Assembly (NCBI GenBank): GCA_965237955.1
Contig: OZ250169.1
Coordinates: forward strand, 7,360,001 to 7,424,000
DNA: 64,000 nt
Direction: 5' to 3'
Origin: Candidatus Marinacidobacterales bacterium
GTDB lineage: Bacteria > Acidobacteriota > Vicinamibacteria > Marinacidobacterales > SMYC01
The position numbers were made by a program, and so were the translations under genes. Shown one piece after another: positions 19,227 to 29,859 of the stretch. Within the stretch, counting starts at the first letter, position 1, and each line of letters begins with the position of its first letter. The notes beneath the pieces were generated by a model that was not told the origin of the DNA, did not search any database, and saw only the letters and a list, made by a program, of their open reading frames with translations.

Positions 19227-19389
19227 TCAGCATCCAGCATTCAGCATCCAGCATCCAGTTGGAGCTCGACTCTGCCTTCGGCAAAGTTGATCTCCCCGAC
19301 GGCGAGATGTGCCATGTTCCGGCGACGTTAATTTGGGGGCAAGGTCTGCGAAGTGAACTGGATGCTGGATGCTGAATGCTGGATGCTGA
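19227..19389. repeat. Perfect 34-bp inverted repeat made of 7-mer units (CAGCATY) around a 95-bp spacer
   Basis: TCAGCATCCAGCATTCAGCATCCAGCATCCAGTT (19227-19260) and its exact reverse complement (19356-19389). Confidence 0.9.
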
Positions 19390-19472
19390 TTCGAGTTGCG
19401 GCGGAGACCGTGCCAGGTCTAAAATACCCGATTTGTCGCACAGGATTTCCATCTCGACAGGAGGATATTTGG

Positions 19473-20621
<1,149 letters not shown>

Positions 20622-20629
20622 ACCTTTTT

Positions 20630-20761
20630 TCAACGCAAAGTCGCAAAGGCGCAAAGTGAGCGCCTTCGGCGCGCATTCCCGTGCATGGAGATCCCGTCCG
20701 CAAGGAGAACCCTTGCCCGAGGAACTACCCTAGACTTTGCGTCTTTGCGCCTTTGCGTTGA
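20630..20761. repeat. About 28-bp inverted repeat made of 8-mer units (NCGCAAAG) downstream of metK
   Basis: TCAACGCAAAGTCGCAAAGGCGCAAAGT ... ACTTTGCGTCTTTGCGCCTTTGCGTTGA. Confidence 0.85.
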
Positions 20762-20777
20762 TTTTTTTGGGATCTAA

Positions 20778-22703
20778 GGGCCGGCGACAAAATAAGTTCC
20801 CGTTTTCAAGACGGTCGGATGGTGTAGTTCCATTTGGGTAGAGTCTGGTCCTTTGTAACGGAAAGCGCCTGCATCCGCTCGTCAGTGATTTTGACGCCCT
20901 TCGGATAACGACGCCGGATAAGGTGTGCGCGTACTCGCAAACCGGAAGAGGTGGTGGTCGTGCGGATGTATTTGAGGATGGTTTCGTAGCTGTCGAGAGG
21001 CCTGCCCGCCCAGTTCTTGCTGATCTCGCTGAACAGACGGTGCTCCACTGGATTCCACTTGGATGTACCGGACGGATAGTGGGCTATGGTGATAGCGATG
21101 TCGTGGCGATTGCAAATCCGCGTTTGAAGCCCGTGCTTCCAACCCCGACACCGATAGCCATTGCTGCCCCCGGCGTCTGCCAATATCGCGAGGTCACGGG
21201 CTGCAGGATAGCGTCGCCGTCCTTCCGTTCGCCACCACTTCTCGATGGCATTCACGGCGAAGTCCGGGGTGTTGTACGAGGTACCAATGAACACTGTCCC
21301 GCGGTTCGCGAGCAGATCGTAGACGCCGTAGGGGATTGCGATGCCGTTCGATTCGGAACGGAAGTCATGGTCTTTGACGAGAGTCGGCTCACGGTTCCAG
21401 GCCTGCCCGCCGTTTTTGAATAATCCCACCAGCTCCCGTTTCTTCGTGTCTACGCTGATGATGGGATGACCAGCTGCGGCAAAACGCTCGCGCAGTTCGG
21501 CGATACACGCGAATTGGGTATCGCGATCTTCGGACGTGGCACCGCACAGCTTCTTGTGGTTCACCCGCAACGAGAAGCCGAGCTGTTTGAGCAGTCGACC
21601 GACGGTTTTGCTGCTGACGTTCACACCGAGGCTTCTTAGCTCGCAAGCAATCTTGTCGGTGGTCCGCCGCGTCCATTTCACTCCCGTCATCGGATCGCCC
21701 GCGGTGTCGTGCTTCATGAGTTCTTCGATCTTGGCGATGACTTCTGGCGTTTTTTTTGCACGGCGCGCCGTCCGCCACCCTTTCGCCGAACTCCGTCGAG
21801 CTCAACATCTCTCATTAGCAATTCCCTACGACCTCTGGCTACCGTGCTCGGATCCATCCCGAGCAGTTCGGCAATCTGTTGGTCGCCACCGTGACCGAGC
21901 TTCATGGCCTCGACCCCCGCGTAGAGACGGCGCTGCTTTTCATCGAGCAGGCTGTAGAAAAGAACGATCGCAGCCTTCAACTCCACGGGGAGCACGCGGA
22001 CTCCCCCGACCCAGCCCAACGTGGAAGGTGACGCCTCATGTACCTGGCGGGCCGAGAGCTGTTGCTTGCGCGTGCTCACATCGGTGGCCAGATACAGATA
22101 TCGGCCGAACACCTGCTCGCGCGCCAATCTTTTCTCTCGGACCAGTTTCAACAGAGGAGCCTTGACGTCAACCTGCACCTCGTCCTCGAGCTCGTCGACG
22201 TAGTAGCCTGCCTCACAGGCCGCGACCAACGCTTTTACCGTCGCAAGCAACGTCCCGTACTTCGAGAACCACACTGAGCGCAACGACCAAAGACCTTTTC
22301 GATCGAACTGGGCGATCTCGTCCAACGTGTAGTAGCTACCACGGTGGGAGTAGCTTGTCCGATACGCCAACTCATTGAGCTTTCGGAAGACGGTCGAGTC
22401 CACATCGGTACCCAACACTGCCTTCAAATCATCGAGGGTAGCTATTTTGTGCTTCCTCAACAGGCGGTCGAGATCTTCAGACTGATAGCTCGTAGGTCTC
22501 ATAATAGGAGAAGTGCTCCTTGATAGGCGTAATCCTCCCTAAAATGAGGACCGTTTGTCAAACACGCGCTGGTTGCTGAAGATCTACAAATGTTCCGTTT
22601 CTAGGGAGCTTGCCAGGCTCTCGTGATGCCAGACGACATCGCGATCACGACCTGAAACAGGAAGAGTGTGCTCAAAACTAGACAGTTATTTTGTCGGCGG
22701 CCC
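20778..22703 (-). mobile_element. ISAzo13-family IS, copy 1 (1926 bp)
   Basis: IRs GGGCCGGCGACAAAATAA / TTATTTTGTCGGCGGCCC; near-identical to 43326-45259. Confidence 0.92.
20806..22502 (-). CDS. ISAzo13 transposase, two ORFs (21714-22502, 20806-21717) joined by a probable -1 frameshift
   Basis: LDEKQRRLYAG; A8 run (GTGCAAAAAAAACG) joins to ..TPEVIAKIEELMKHDTAGDPM; ISVDTKKRELVG, DHDF, ADAGGSNG, SKWNPVEHRLF, WNYTI. Confidence 0.9.
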
Positions 22704-22779
22704 TTAGATGACATTTTAGCTACCCCCTCTAATACTCCCTTCCCATCAGGCGGAATGCGGGCGCGGATGGGCTCATCGA

Positions 22780-22877
22780 AAATCACGTTCGCGAGAAGCG
22801 ACGCTTCTCTCAGAGGGAGGATGCTCGAGCGCAGCCCTGGCCAGCCTTTCCACCTGCTCGCGACGTTCGGCACCCAT
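22780..22877 (-). pseudogene. N-terminal leader remnant of a Ser/Thr protein kinase
   Basis: GGAGG RBS then MGAERREQVERLARAALEHPPSER, like the MTPERWQQVE..FHAALE.PP.ER leader of acidobacterial kinases; no kinase domain follows. Confidence 0.4.
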
Positions 22878-23057
22878 TGGAGGAGCCTCCGACTGGTTTG
22901 GGCTGGCCCAATTGGTGCAAAGATAGCTCCGCACAGGCCGAAAAGTCAAAGGGCGAGTGGTGCATCGTCAAAACGGCACCGCCCATGAAATCAAGGACTT
23001 GCTCTCCGCTTGAGTTCCGGGCCGAAGGGCGAAACTCCGCCACTATGCTCCGTGTTC

Positions 23058-24060
23058 TCATCTTCCTCGTCTCGCTCGTGCGATCCGCAAAGGCACGAGC
23101 GTCGCGAGCTGGTCCTTTGTCACAGACACGGTCGGGGAGTTAGGATCGGCTGGCCGGGAGGGTCGACCATTTCGAGGAGCCTTTGGTTCGCTCGTGATAT
23201 ATGGCGATACTTCCCGGCGCTCTTGCGTTAGCGTCTTTTTGTTGCGCAGGCGCTTTCGCACTTCCTGAGTCACCTTCCACTGCGCCGCTAGCTCGCGGGC
23301 CTCGATCTTGGTAATCGGATGGTCATCGAGGTCGCGGACCTCATAGGGATGCTGCTCTCGGAGCACGGCGAGGATGCGTGGGATCAGCATGCGGTTGGCG
23401 ATGGTGCATAGGGCAGAGTTGTGGTGCTTGCCGCGGTGAACCATCAGATCGTGGTACAGGCGGGCGCCGTGAGGGTCGAGCCGACGAAAGTGATCGGCAA
23501 CGAGGTAGAGGTCACGCCGTATAAGAGCAGGTCCTTGTTTGGTGATATGAGTTGCTTTGCGATCGGAAAGACCAGTGGCCTCGGTTTCCGGAAACAGTCC
23601 CACGAAGCCCTGGGCTTTGCGGGTTGTCGCGAAGCGCTCGGGCTCACCGAAGTAGCTGAAGATGGTAGGAGCGGTCATCTCGGCGATGCCCGGAATACTC
23701 ATGAGCAATCGCTCGGGATCGCAACGCAGATAGGCGTTGTCGAGTCGCTTCTCTTTGTCGCGAAGTCGGAGCTCGACTTGCTCGACCATTTCGATCAACT
23801 CGATGGTGTGAGCCCGGTTGGAGTCGATTTGCTCAGCAGGCAAAAGCTGATGGAGGCCCAAAGATGACGTAGGCATCGACGTCGTCCGTCTTGACCTTCG
23901 GTGAAAGGCATTTCCGAAATTCCTTCACCTGGTTCGGTTTCGCGAAGCTCACTTCGTGACCTCGAGCTCGGAAGAAGGCGCTGGCATACTCGCTCGTGGG
24001 ATACGATGGCTCCATCACGATTCGCCACGCAAGCATTGCCTTCACTTCTGATTCCAGAGG
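23058..24060 (-). pseudogene. IS110-family transposase, frameshifted and deleted
   Basis: IVMEP..KVKTDDVDAYV N-terminal piece; LMSIPGIA..RFATTRKAQGFVGLFP..ITKQGPALIR..GKHHNSALCTIAN C-terminal piece. Confidence 0.8.
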
Positions 24061-24194
24061 TTGTCCGGACGGACACCCAGGCATCAACCCTGGTTGACAC
24101 CAAGCGCGACAAGGGCAAACGACTCGACGTCTTACGACTTGCCGAGCTTTGCGCCACAAAGGCTCGAGCCCGGTGTCAACTTGAGTCGTCGACG

Positions 24195-24305
24195 AAGAAG
24201 ATCTCGGGTGGGTAGACGTATGCCTGAGGAAACATGCCTCCCCGAAGCAGATTTGCGATCTTGAGAGCATCGATGCGGTCGTTCTTGGCCTTGCCTCCGT
24301 GACAT
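24195..24305 (-). pseudogene. Fragment of a second, different IS110 transposase
   Basis: HGGKAKNDRIDALKIANLLRGGMFPQAYVYP. Confidence 0.7.
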
Positions 24306-24578
24306 AGGGCACGCCGCGACCGCGACGTTTGCCGAACGTCCAAGGAGCCCGAAGGTCCGGCCGTACAGAAGCGTGCTGTTGTTGATGGCGGCGTTGACGT
24401 CGTCGAAGGGCAGCGCGGGATCGAAGAGCAGCTCGCCCGTCGAGCGGCCATAGCTGAGCACCATGATGTTGTCGCCCGTGGGAGCCGGGGCGTAGAACCG
24501 CGGTGTGAGCTCCTGCGCGGTCGCGGTCGCCGCTGCGGCCACCACGGGCAGGAGAAGGACGGCCAGTCGGACCGTCAC
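24306..24578 (-). pseudogene. 5' part of an outer-membrane 'transporter' (MetA-pathway/phenol-degradation-like), truncated
   Basis: Signal peptide then QELTPRFYAPAPTG..SYGRSTGELLFDPALP..YGRTFGLLGRSANV, cut off by IS110 sequence. Confidence 0.65.
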
Positions 24579-24654
24579 GAAGGATGCGCCACCCGGCGAT
24601 CGGCAACCCGCCCTCGTTCGATCCCTCGCCTCTTCTTCCCACCGTGTCGCGGCG

Positions 24655-26175
24655 TCATGGCGAAGAATCTCCACCCTGGCTCAGCTCGACCTGTCGGTAG
24701 CCGCCCGTGCTCCGGAAGTAGAGCAGGAGGATCAGATAGCCCACGGCGAGGAACGCAGGCACCACGGCCGTCCACTTGAGCGCCATCCGGCCACCGAAGA
24801 TTCGCGCTTCGGAGACGGGGCCTTCGTCGACGCTGGCGTTGGGTTGGCCCGTCGACCGCCACCACTCGTCGAGACTCGTGATGGCCGGCACCGAGCGACC
24901 CTGCTCCGCGAGCAGACGCACCGAGCGCTCGAGCTCGGCGGCACCGTCGGGCTCCAGGAGGACGCCCACCTTCGCGCCGTCCAGGCCCCTGATCTTCGGG
25001 AAGGGACCGAATCGGCTCTCCTTCTGCGCCGCATAGCGCTCGTAAGTGGGCATCGACGCCTCCTGCAGGGACCGGGAGGCGTAGAGATCCTGCTTGTAGC
25101 CGATCCCGGGTCCGCCGAGAAGCCCCGCGCTCAGCATGCCGATGCCGCCGACGGCGCCCATCGTGACGGCGCCCCCGCGGGGGAACCGCTCGCCCACGAC
25201 TCCGAGCATGGTGGGCCAGAAGAACGTCTTGCCGATCCCGTACACCGTGACCGCGGCCCAGACGAGGAGGGCCGACTCCAGAGAGCCGAGCATCAGGAGA
25301 CCGATGCAGGCGACGACGGCGCTACAGAAGAGAAGCCCCAGGGGATTGATCCGCTCGACGATGGGCCCGGCGAAGAAGCGGAGAACGAACATGATGCTCG
25401 AGGCGTAGACGAAGAGGAGGAACCCCTGTCCGGTCAGGATCGAGTTCGTGATGTTCGTGATCCAGCTGTCGGTCCCGAGCTCGACGTAGCCAATTCCGGC
25501 GTGGAGGAGCAGCAGGAACAAGAGGATCGGCGAGGCGAGCTCCCGGAGCATCTGGCCGTAGGCCACCCCGGCGGCCCGGGCCTCGGAGATCGGGAACCGC
25601 ACGCCCAGGATCATCACTCCGTAGATGACGACCGGAACGAGGAAGAGCGCCATCGGCACCTCCCACCGAACCCTTCCGACGATGAGCGCCCCAAGGAGGC
25701 CTCCCAGGATGAGACCCCCGGGCCACCCCGCGTGGAGGATGTTGAGATAGTGGGTCTTCTGCTTGGGATAAAGCGTCGCGGCCAAGGGGTTGATGACCGC
25801 CTCGCACAGCCCGTTCGCCGCCGCAAACATGAACATCCCCACGTAGAGGCACCAGTACGTGGCCTCCTGTCCGAGGGCATTGAAGGTCGGTGTCGCCGCA
25901 AGTGTGACGACCGCCGAGAGCAGGTGCAGCACGAACGCCAGTATCAAGAGGGCCTTGTAGCCCACACGGTCGGTGATCAAGCTCGCGGCGAGGATCACCA
26001 GGCCAAAGCCGACGAACCCGCCTCCGGTGATCGTGCCGAGCTCGAGCTGGGTGAACCCGAACTGGTTGCCCCATTCCCTGAGGATGCCCCCGCGGACGGC
26101 AAACCCCACGCCGGCCGCAATGAGCGTCATGAAGCTCGCCAGGAAGATCCGCCGTCCAGGAATCTGCTCGGTCAT
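24655..26175 (-). CDS. MFS transporter (sugar-type)
   Basis: About 12 TMs; TDRVGYK, NGLCEAVINPL..LNILHAGWPGG, ELGTDSWI, GKTFFWPTMLG. Confidence 0.88.
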   Translation of the reverse strand: MTEQIPGRRIFLASFMTLIAAGVGFAVRGGILREWGNQFGFTQLELGTITGGGFVGFGLVILAASLITDRVGYKALLILAFVLHLLSAVVTLAATPTFNALGQEATYWCLYVGMFMFAAANGLCEAVINPLAATLYPKQKTHYLNILHAGWPGGLILGGLLGALIVGRVRWEVPMALFLVPVVIYGVMILGVRFPISEARAAGVAYGQMLRELASPILLFLLLLHAGIGYVELGTDSWITNITNSILTGQGFLLFVYASSIMFVLRFFAGPIVERINPLGLLFCSAVVACIGLLMLGSLESALLVWAAVTVYGIGKTFFWPTMLGVVGERFPRGGAVTMGAVGGIGMLSAGLLGGPGIGYKQDLYASRSLQEASMPTYERYAAQKESRFGPFPKIRGLDGAKVGVLLEPDGAAELERSVRLLAEQGRSVPAITSLDEWWRSTGQPNASVDEGPVSEARIFGGRMALKWTAVVPAFLAVGYLILLLYFRSTGGYRQVELSQGGDSSP

Positions 26176-26185
26176 CGGTGCCCCC

Positions 26186-26341
26186 TCATTGTTCCGGCCA
26201 GAACTGCTGCATCTTCGTCCGCAGGAAGTCGGCGCTGCGTTTCATCTGCCCCATCATCTCGATCCAGCCCTCGAGGGACAGCGAGCCGTCGGCGCAGAGC
26301 CCCTGCATCCAGGCCTTGGGAAACGCCGCGAGCTACGGCAC
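26186..26341 (-). pseudogene. Sugar-phosphate isomerase/epimerase reduced to its two termini by internal deletion
   Basis: VP*LAAFPKAWMQGLCADGSLSLEGWIEM joined directly to MGQMKRSADFLRTKMQQFWPEQ*; immediately upstream of the MFS gene. Confidence 0.5.
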
Positions 26342-26364
26342 TCAGTCCATCCTCGAGAGGTTGC

Positions 26365-26982
26365 GCCAAAATTCTTCGCTTCCTCGAAAGCGAGGGGCTG
26401 TTGAGCGACGAACGTATCGAGCTTCTCACGTCCTTTCGCCATAGCGGATTCTCCGTCGACATGTCTCCCGCGGTATGGCTCGAAGACACGCAAGGGCTCG
26501 AAAGGCTTTGCCGTTATCTGCTTCGCTGTCCGGTGAGCCTTTCGCGGATTCACTGGACCCCGGGAGCCAAGACACTGTTCTACGAAGCGAAGGCCTCCCA
26601 CGACGACCCCCTCTATTCTCATCCGCAAGGAGAGACACTCGACATCTTCAAGTTTATCGCCCGCGTGCTGACGCAGATTTTGCCGAGAGAACAACCTCGA
26701 AGGAGCCCGATGCGGACGATTCTACAGCCTCGCAAACACGGCATTCACTACTTCGGCGCCTATTCCTCGAAGGCACGGGCTTACCGCGCAAAGCGAAAAC
26801 TCACGCTGCAATCATTCGCTCTGAAGGATACCCAGGCCGCTCAGGATGACCCTCCACTCTCACCGCAAAAGCGCGCCACTCTGAGACGAAGCTGGGCGCG
26901 CCTCATTCGACGAGTCTATCTTACCGACCCCTTGAAGTGTGAGTGCGGCGGCGAACTCCGCGTGATCGCCTTCATCACCTCT
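26365..26982 (+). pseudogene. IS91-like (Y2) transposase, C-terminal fragment
   Basis: HSGFSVD..LERLCRYLLRCPVSLSRI..HYFGAYSSKAR..SWARLIRRVYLTDPLKCECGGELRVIAFIT, cut by IS5. Confidence 0.8.
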
Positions 26983-28071
26983 CTGCCTTGGTGCACAACT
27001 CGCGATCTCGGTCCACAATTGTCCTTTACTCACGGATTCGAGGTTCCCCATGAGCATTTTCAAACGCACTCAGCGGAAGTATGTGAAGAAGGCCTATCGC
27101 GTGAGGAATTGGCGTGAATATGAGGCGGGTCTACGCAACCGTGGGAGCCTGACCGTCTGGATCTCGCTCACCGCCGGCAAGCTTGTGAACTGGGACGCGC
27201 CCCGGCCGAGGAGGAGGAAACCGGGCCGTCAACGCAAGTACTCGAACCACGCCATCGAGACGGCTGTCACCCTGGGCATGGTGTTTCATCTGTCATCTAG
27301 GCAGAGCGAGGGATTGCTGCGATCGTTGTTCGCTCTGATGAAGCTAGACAATGATGTGCCCGATCACACCACGATCTCGAGGCGCAAGGCGAAGCTGGGT
27401 AAGGTCCCCTTCTACCAAGACAAGCAGAAGACGCCGTTGCACATCTTGATCGACAGCAGCGGTCTCGCTGTCCACGCCGGCCAGCTGCGCAGAGCACCAA
27501 AGAGCAGGGACTATCGCAAGCTCCATCTGTGTGTCGACGAGCAGAGTGGCGAAGTCGTCGCCGGCGAGCTGACGAGCAAAAGAGCCCGCGATTCATCGCG
27601 GGTTGCATCGCTTGTCGGACAGATCGACAGTCCCATCTCATCGGCCAGAGCTGACACCGCATACGACGCCGGCGGCGTCTATGAGGCGATCGAGAATCAC
27701 AGCGCTCATCGCTCGCCGAGGGTGCTGATACCGCCGCGCAAGGGCGCCCAGCTCGCATCGGGGCCGGCGAGCAGCCGACAGCGCAATCGCAACATTGCAG
27801 CACAAGATCGGCTCGGCAAACGAAAGTGGCACACAGAATCGGGCTACAGCAAACGGAGCAAAGTCGAGACAACGTTCCATCGCTACAAGGCTATCGTGGG
27901 CTCAGCGATGCGAGCGAGAGGGTTGGCGGCACAGAGAGTCGAGGCAAGGATCGGGTGCAAGATTCCCAACACCATGACGGCGCTCGGGATGCCTGATAGC
28001 GAGATGATCGGATGATGGGAGTCGGGGCCAAGCGAGCTATCGGCCTCTATCGGAGTTGTGCACCAAGGCAG
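26983..28071 (+). mobile_element. IS5-family (IS903 group) element, copy 1
   Basis: Perfect 19-bp IR CTGCCTTGGTGCACAACTC; no target duplication visible. Confidence 0.92.
27050..28015 (+). CDS. IS5/IS903-group transposase
   Basis: YRVRNWREYEAGLRNRGSLTVW, PDHTTISRR, IDSSG, RKLHL, ADTAYD, SGYSKRSKVET. Confidence 0.93.
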   Translation: MSIFKRTQRKYVKKAYRVRNWREYEAGLRNRGSLTVWISLTAGKLVNWDAPRPRRRKPGRQRKYSNHAIETAVTLGMVFHLSSRQSEGLLRSLFALMKLDNDVPDHTTISRRKAKLGKVPFYQDKQKTPLHILIDSSGLAVHAGQLRRAPKSRDYRKLHLCVDEQSGEVVAGELTSKRARDSSRVASLVGQIDSPISSARADTAYDAGGVYEAIENHSAHRSPRVLIPPRKGAQLASGPASSRQRNRNIAAQDRLGKRKWHTESGYSKRSKVETTFHRYKAIVGSAMRARGLAAQRVEARIGCKIPNTMTALGMPDSEMIG

Positions 28072-28716
28072 CGAAGCGTTGCTTGGTGCGCAGTCTCAGA
28101 CGGTCCGCCTCGGCCTTCACCTGCCGGAGCGTTCCGTGCTTCCGGTACAGCGCATAGAGCGTCCGGACCGTTTCGGCCTCAGCCTCGTTGATGCGCAGCG
28201 TACGTTCGTCCTTCTCATAGCCTAGCGGTACGCGACCGCCCATCCATAGTCCCTTGCGCTTGGAGGCAGCGACCTTATCGCGGATCCGCTCGGCCGTGAC
28301 CTCGCGTTCGAATTGTGCGAAGGACAGCAGCATATGCAGCGTCAGTCGTCCCATGCTGGTCGCGGTGTTGAAGGACTGAGTCACCGAGACGAAAACCGCG
28401 CCGGCCGCCTCGAGCCGCTCGACGAGCTTTGCAAAGTCGGAGAGGGAACGGGTCAGCCGGTCGACCTTGTAGACCACAATCTGGTCGACGAGACCTGCGT
28501 CGATGTCGGCGAGCAAGCGCTGCAGGCCCGGGCGCTCCAGGGTTCCTCCCGAGATCCCCGCGTCCTCGTAGACGGTTGGCAGCAGCACCCAGCCCTCCGC
28601 TTTCTGGCTCGCGACGCGGCGCAGGCTTCTCGCTGCGCATCGAGGGAGTTGAACTCCTGTTCGAGACCCTCTTCCGCACTCTTTCGCGTATAGATGGCAC
28701 AGCGGATCTTCTTCAT
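28072..28716 (-). pseudogene. Large serine recombinase, frameshifted and truncated by IS5
   Basis: CAIYTRKSAEEGLEQEFNSLDAQREAC, YEDAGISGGTLERPGL, VYKVDRLTRSL, AQFEREVTAERIRDK. Confidence 0.88.
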
Positions 28717-28717
28717 G

Positions 28718-29149
28718 TTAGGCCTTGCGCTTGGGCGTGAGACCGAAAAAGCGTGGTCCTGACCAGTGGGTGCCGGTGATTCGCTTTGCGATGGTAGTGA
28801 GGGACGGATAGGTTTTGCCATCGAACCGATAGCCGTTGTCGACTACCTCGACCTGGTAGGTCCGGCCATTCCACTCGCGGACGAGATGGGTGCCGGCAGA
28901 AACGGACCCTGCGGGAGCGCCGGAGCTTGGTGTCTCGTTCGCCATGGCAGCCAGAGCGCGCCGGGTTGCGGCCGAAAGCCCGCCATGGGTCCGGCACTGG
29001 CGTTCGTGCAAGAGAACGCGGCGCAGGAAAACACGAGAGAGCGAGCTTGGAGGAGCAGCCCCAAAGGTCTGCTCCCAGACCCGCCGTAAGCTGGCGAAGT
29101 CCAAACCGTCCAAAACGACGTTCCGGCCAACCCCTGTATCCTGCGGCAT
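28718..29149 (-). CDS. DUF2924 domain protein
   Basis: GTHLVREWNGRTYQVEV..YPSLTTIAKRITGTHWSGPRFFGL; the usual partner of these recombinases. Confidence 0.88.
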   Translation of the reverse strand: MPQDTGVGRNVVLDGLDFASLRRVWEQTFGAAPPSSLSRVFLRRVLLHERQCRTHGGLSAATRRALAAMANETPSSGAPAGSVSAGTHLVREWNGRTYQVEVVDNGYRFDGKTYPSLTTIAKRITGTHWSGPRFFGLTPKRKA

Positions 29150-29359
29150 CACCGAACGTTCGCTCTTGTGCTCGATAAAGTCCAGTCTAATGAGGGACTT
29201 CCGGGTTCGAAGTTCACTGCCCGTAGCTCGCCCCGCAGCCGATTTGAGCCAGCCGTACGCACGCCCGGTGGGCCTGTCGCTCGCCACCCGCAGCCCAGGG
29301 GTCGGAAGCCAGCCCTGCGGCGCGAAATACCCTCGATTCTGCGCGGATTCCAAGGGCGT

Positions 29360-29415
29360 CTAAACTGCTGATTTGTGGCCTATTTCAAAAGGGCCGAGTT
29401 TTGGCACAGGACGGG
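29360..29415 (+). repeat. 56-bp element-end-like sequence, copy A (copy B at 33007-33062)
   Basis: CTAAACTGCTGATTTGTGGCCTATTTCAAAAGGGCCGAGTTTTGGCACAGGACGGG; 3 mismatches between copies. Confidence 0.85.
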
Positions 29416-29424
29416 GTCGTTCGC

Positions 29425-29616
29425 CTACGGCGTCAAAGAGTCCGTGAGTGTGGCTCCATACTCGCCGAGTTGGGCCCACAGCGCAGCCAGGTCGATCCCA
29501 GACGTGGTCGCCAGAAGGAGAGCGATTCCGACCGCTGCCAGCACAGCCAGTCCGCGCCACCCCAGCGCTGCGCCGAGTACAACACCTGCCGCCACTCCCG
29601 CGAGAAACATCACCAT
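29425..29616 (-). CDS. Small hypothetical two-TM protein
   Basis: MVMFLAGVAAGVVLGAALGWRGLAVLAAVGIALLL; hydrophobicity only. Confidence 0.35.
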   Translation of the reverse strand: MVMFLAGVAAGVVLGAALGWRGLAVLAAVGIALLLATTSGIDLAALWAQLGEYGATLTDSLTP

Positions 29617-29706
29617 GGACTTGCCCACTTGAGCCGATCGCTGGCAGTCTATACCCATGGTCAGAGCCGCGCCAAACTACCCGTCTGGTCAAAATATTCG
29701 AACGCG

Positions 29707-29820
29707 GTAGGGTTGAGGGCTGGCGCGGTGCTCCGTAGGCGCGGCCTATCTGTTTCTCCCCGTTTCCTGTGGGAGTGCCTCACTAGCCGCACCGTAAGTC
29801 CGTTTCCAGCCCCCGCCACA
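29707..29820 (-). ncRNA. Group II intron 3' remnant (end of domain V plus domain VI)
   Basis: Minus strand TGTGGCGGGGGCTGGAAACGG...GCACCGCGCCAGCCCTCAACCCTAC; GGGGGCTGG/CCAGCCCTC stem and terminal CCCTAC; no RT ORF. Confidence 0.65.
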
Positions 29821-29859
29821 ACTAAAGCCGACCTTCGCCGATATCGAATCGCTGTACGG

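Noticed and set aside
19390-19472. SAM riboswitch upstream of metK
   Set aside because: No SAM-I or SAM-II consensus recognisable by eye; an Rfam scan would be needed to exclude it.
22704-23057. Possible IS110 bridge/seek RNA downstream of the IS110 transposase
   Set aside because: The transposase is degraded, element ends cannot be defined, and part of the region reads as a kinase-leader remnant.
24505-27117. 870-aa plus-strand ORF
   Set aside because: Antisense shadow of the MFS gene running into an IS91-like fragment and the IS5 end; chimeric.
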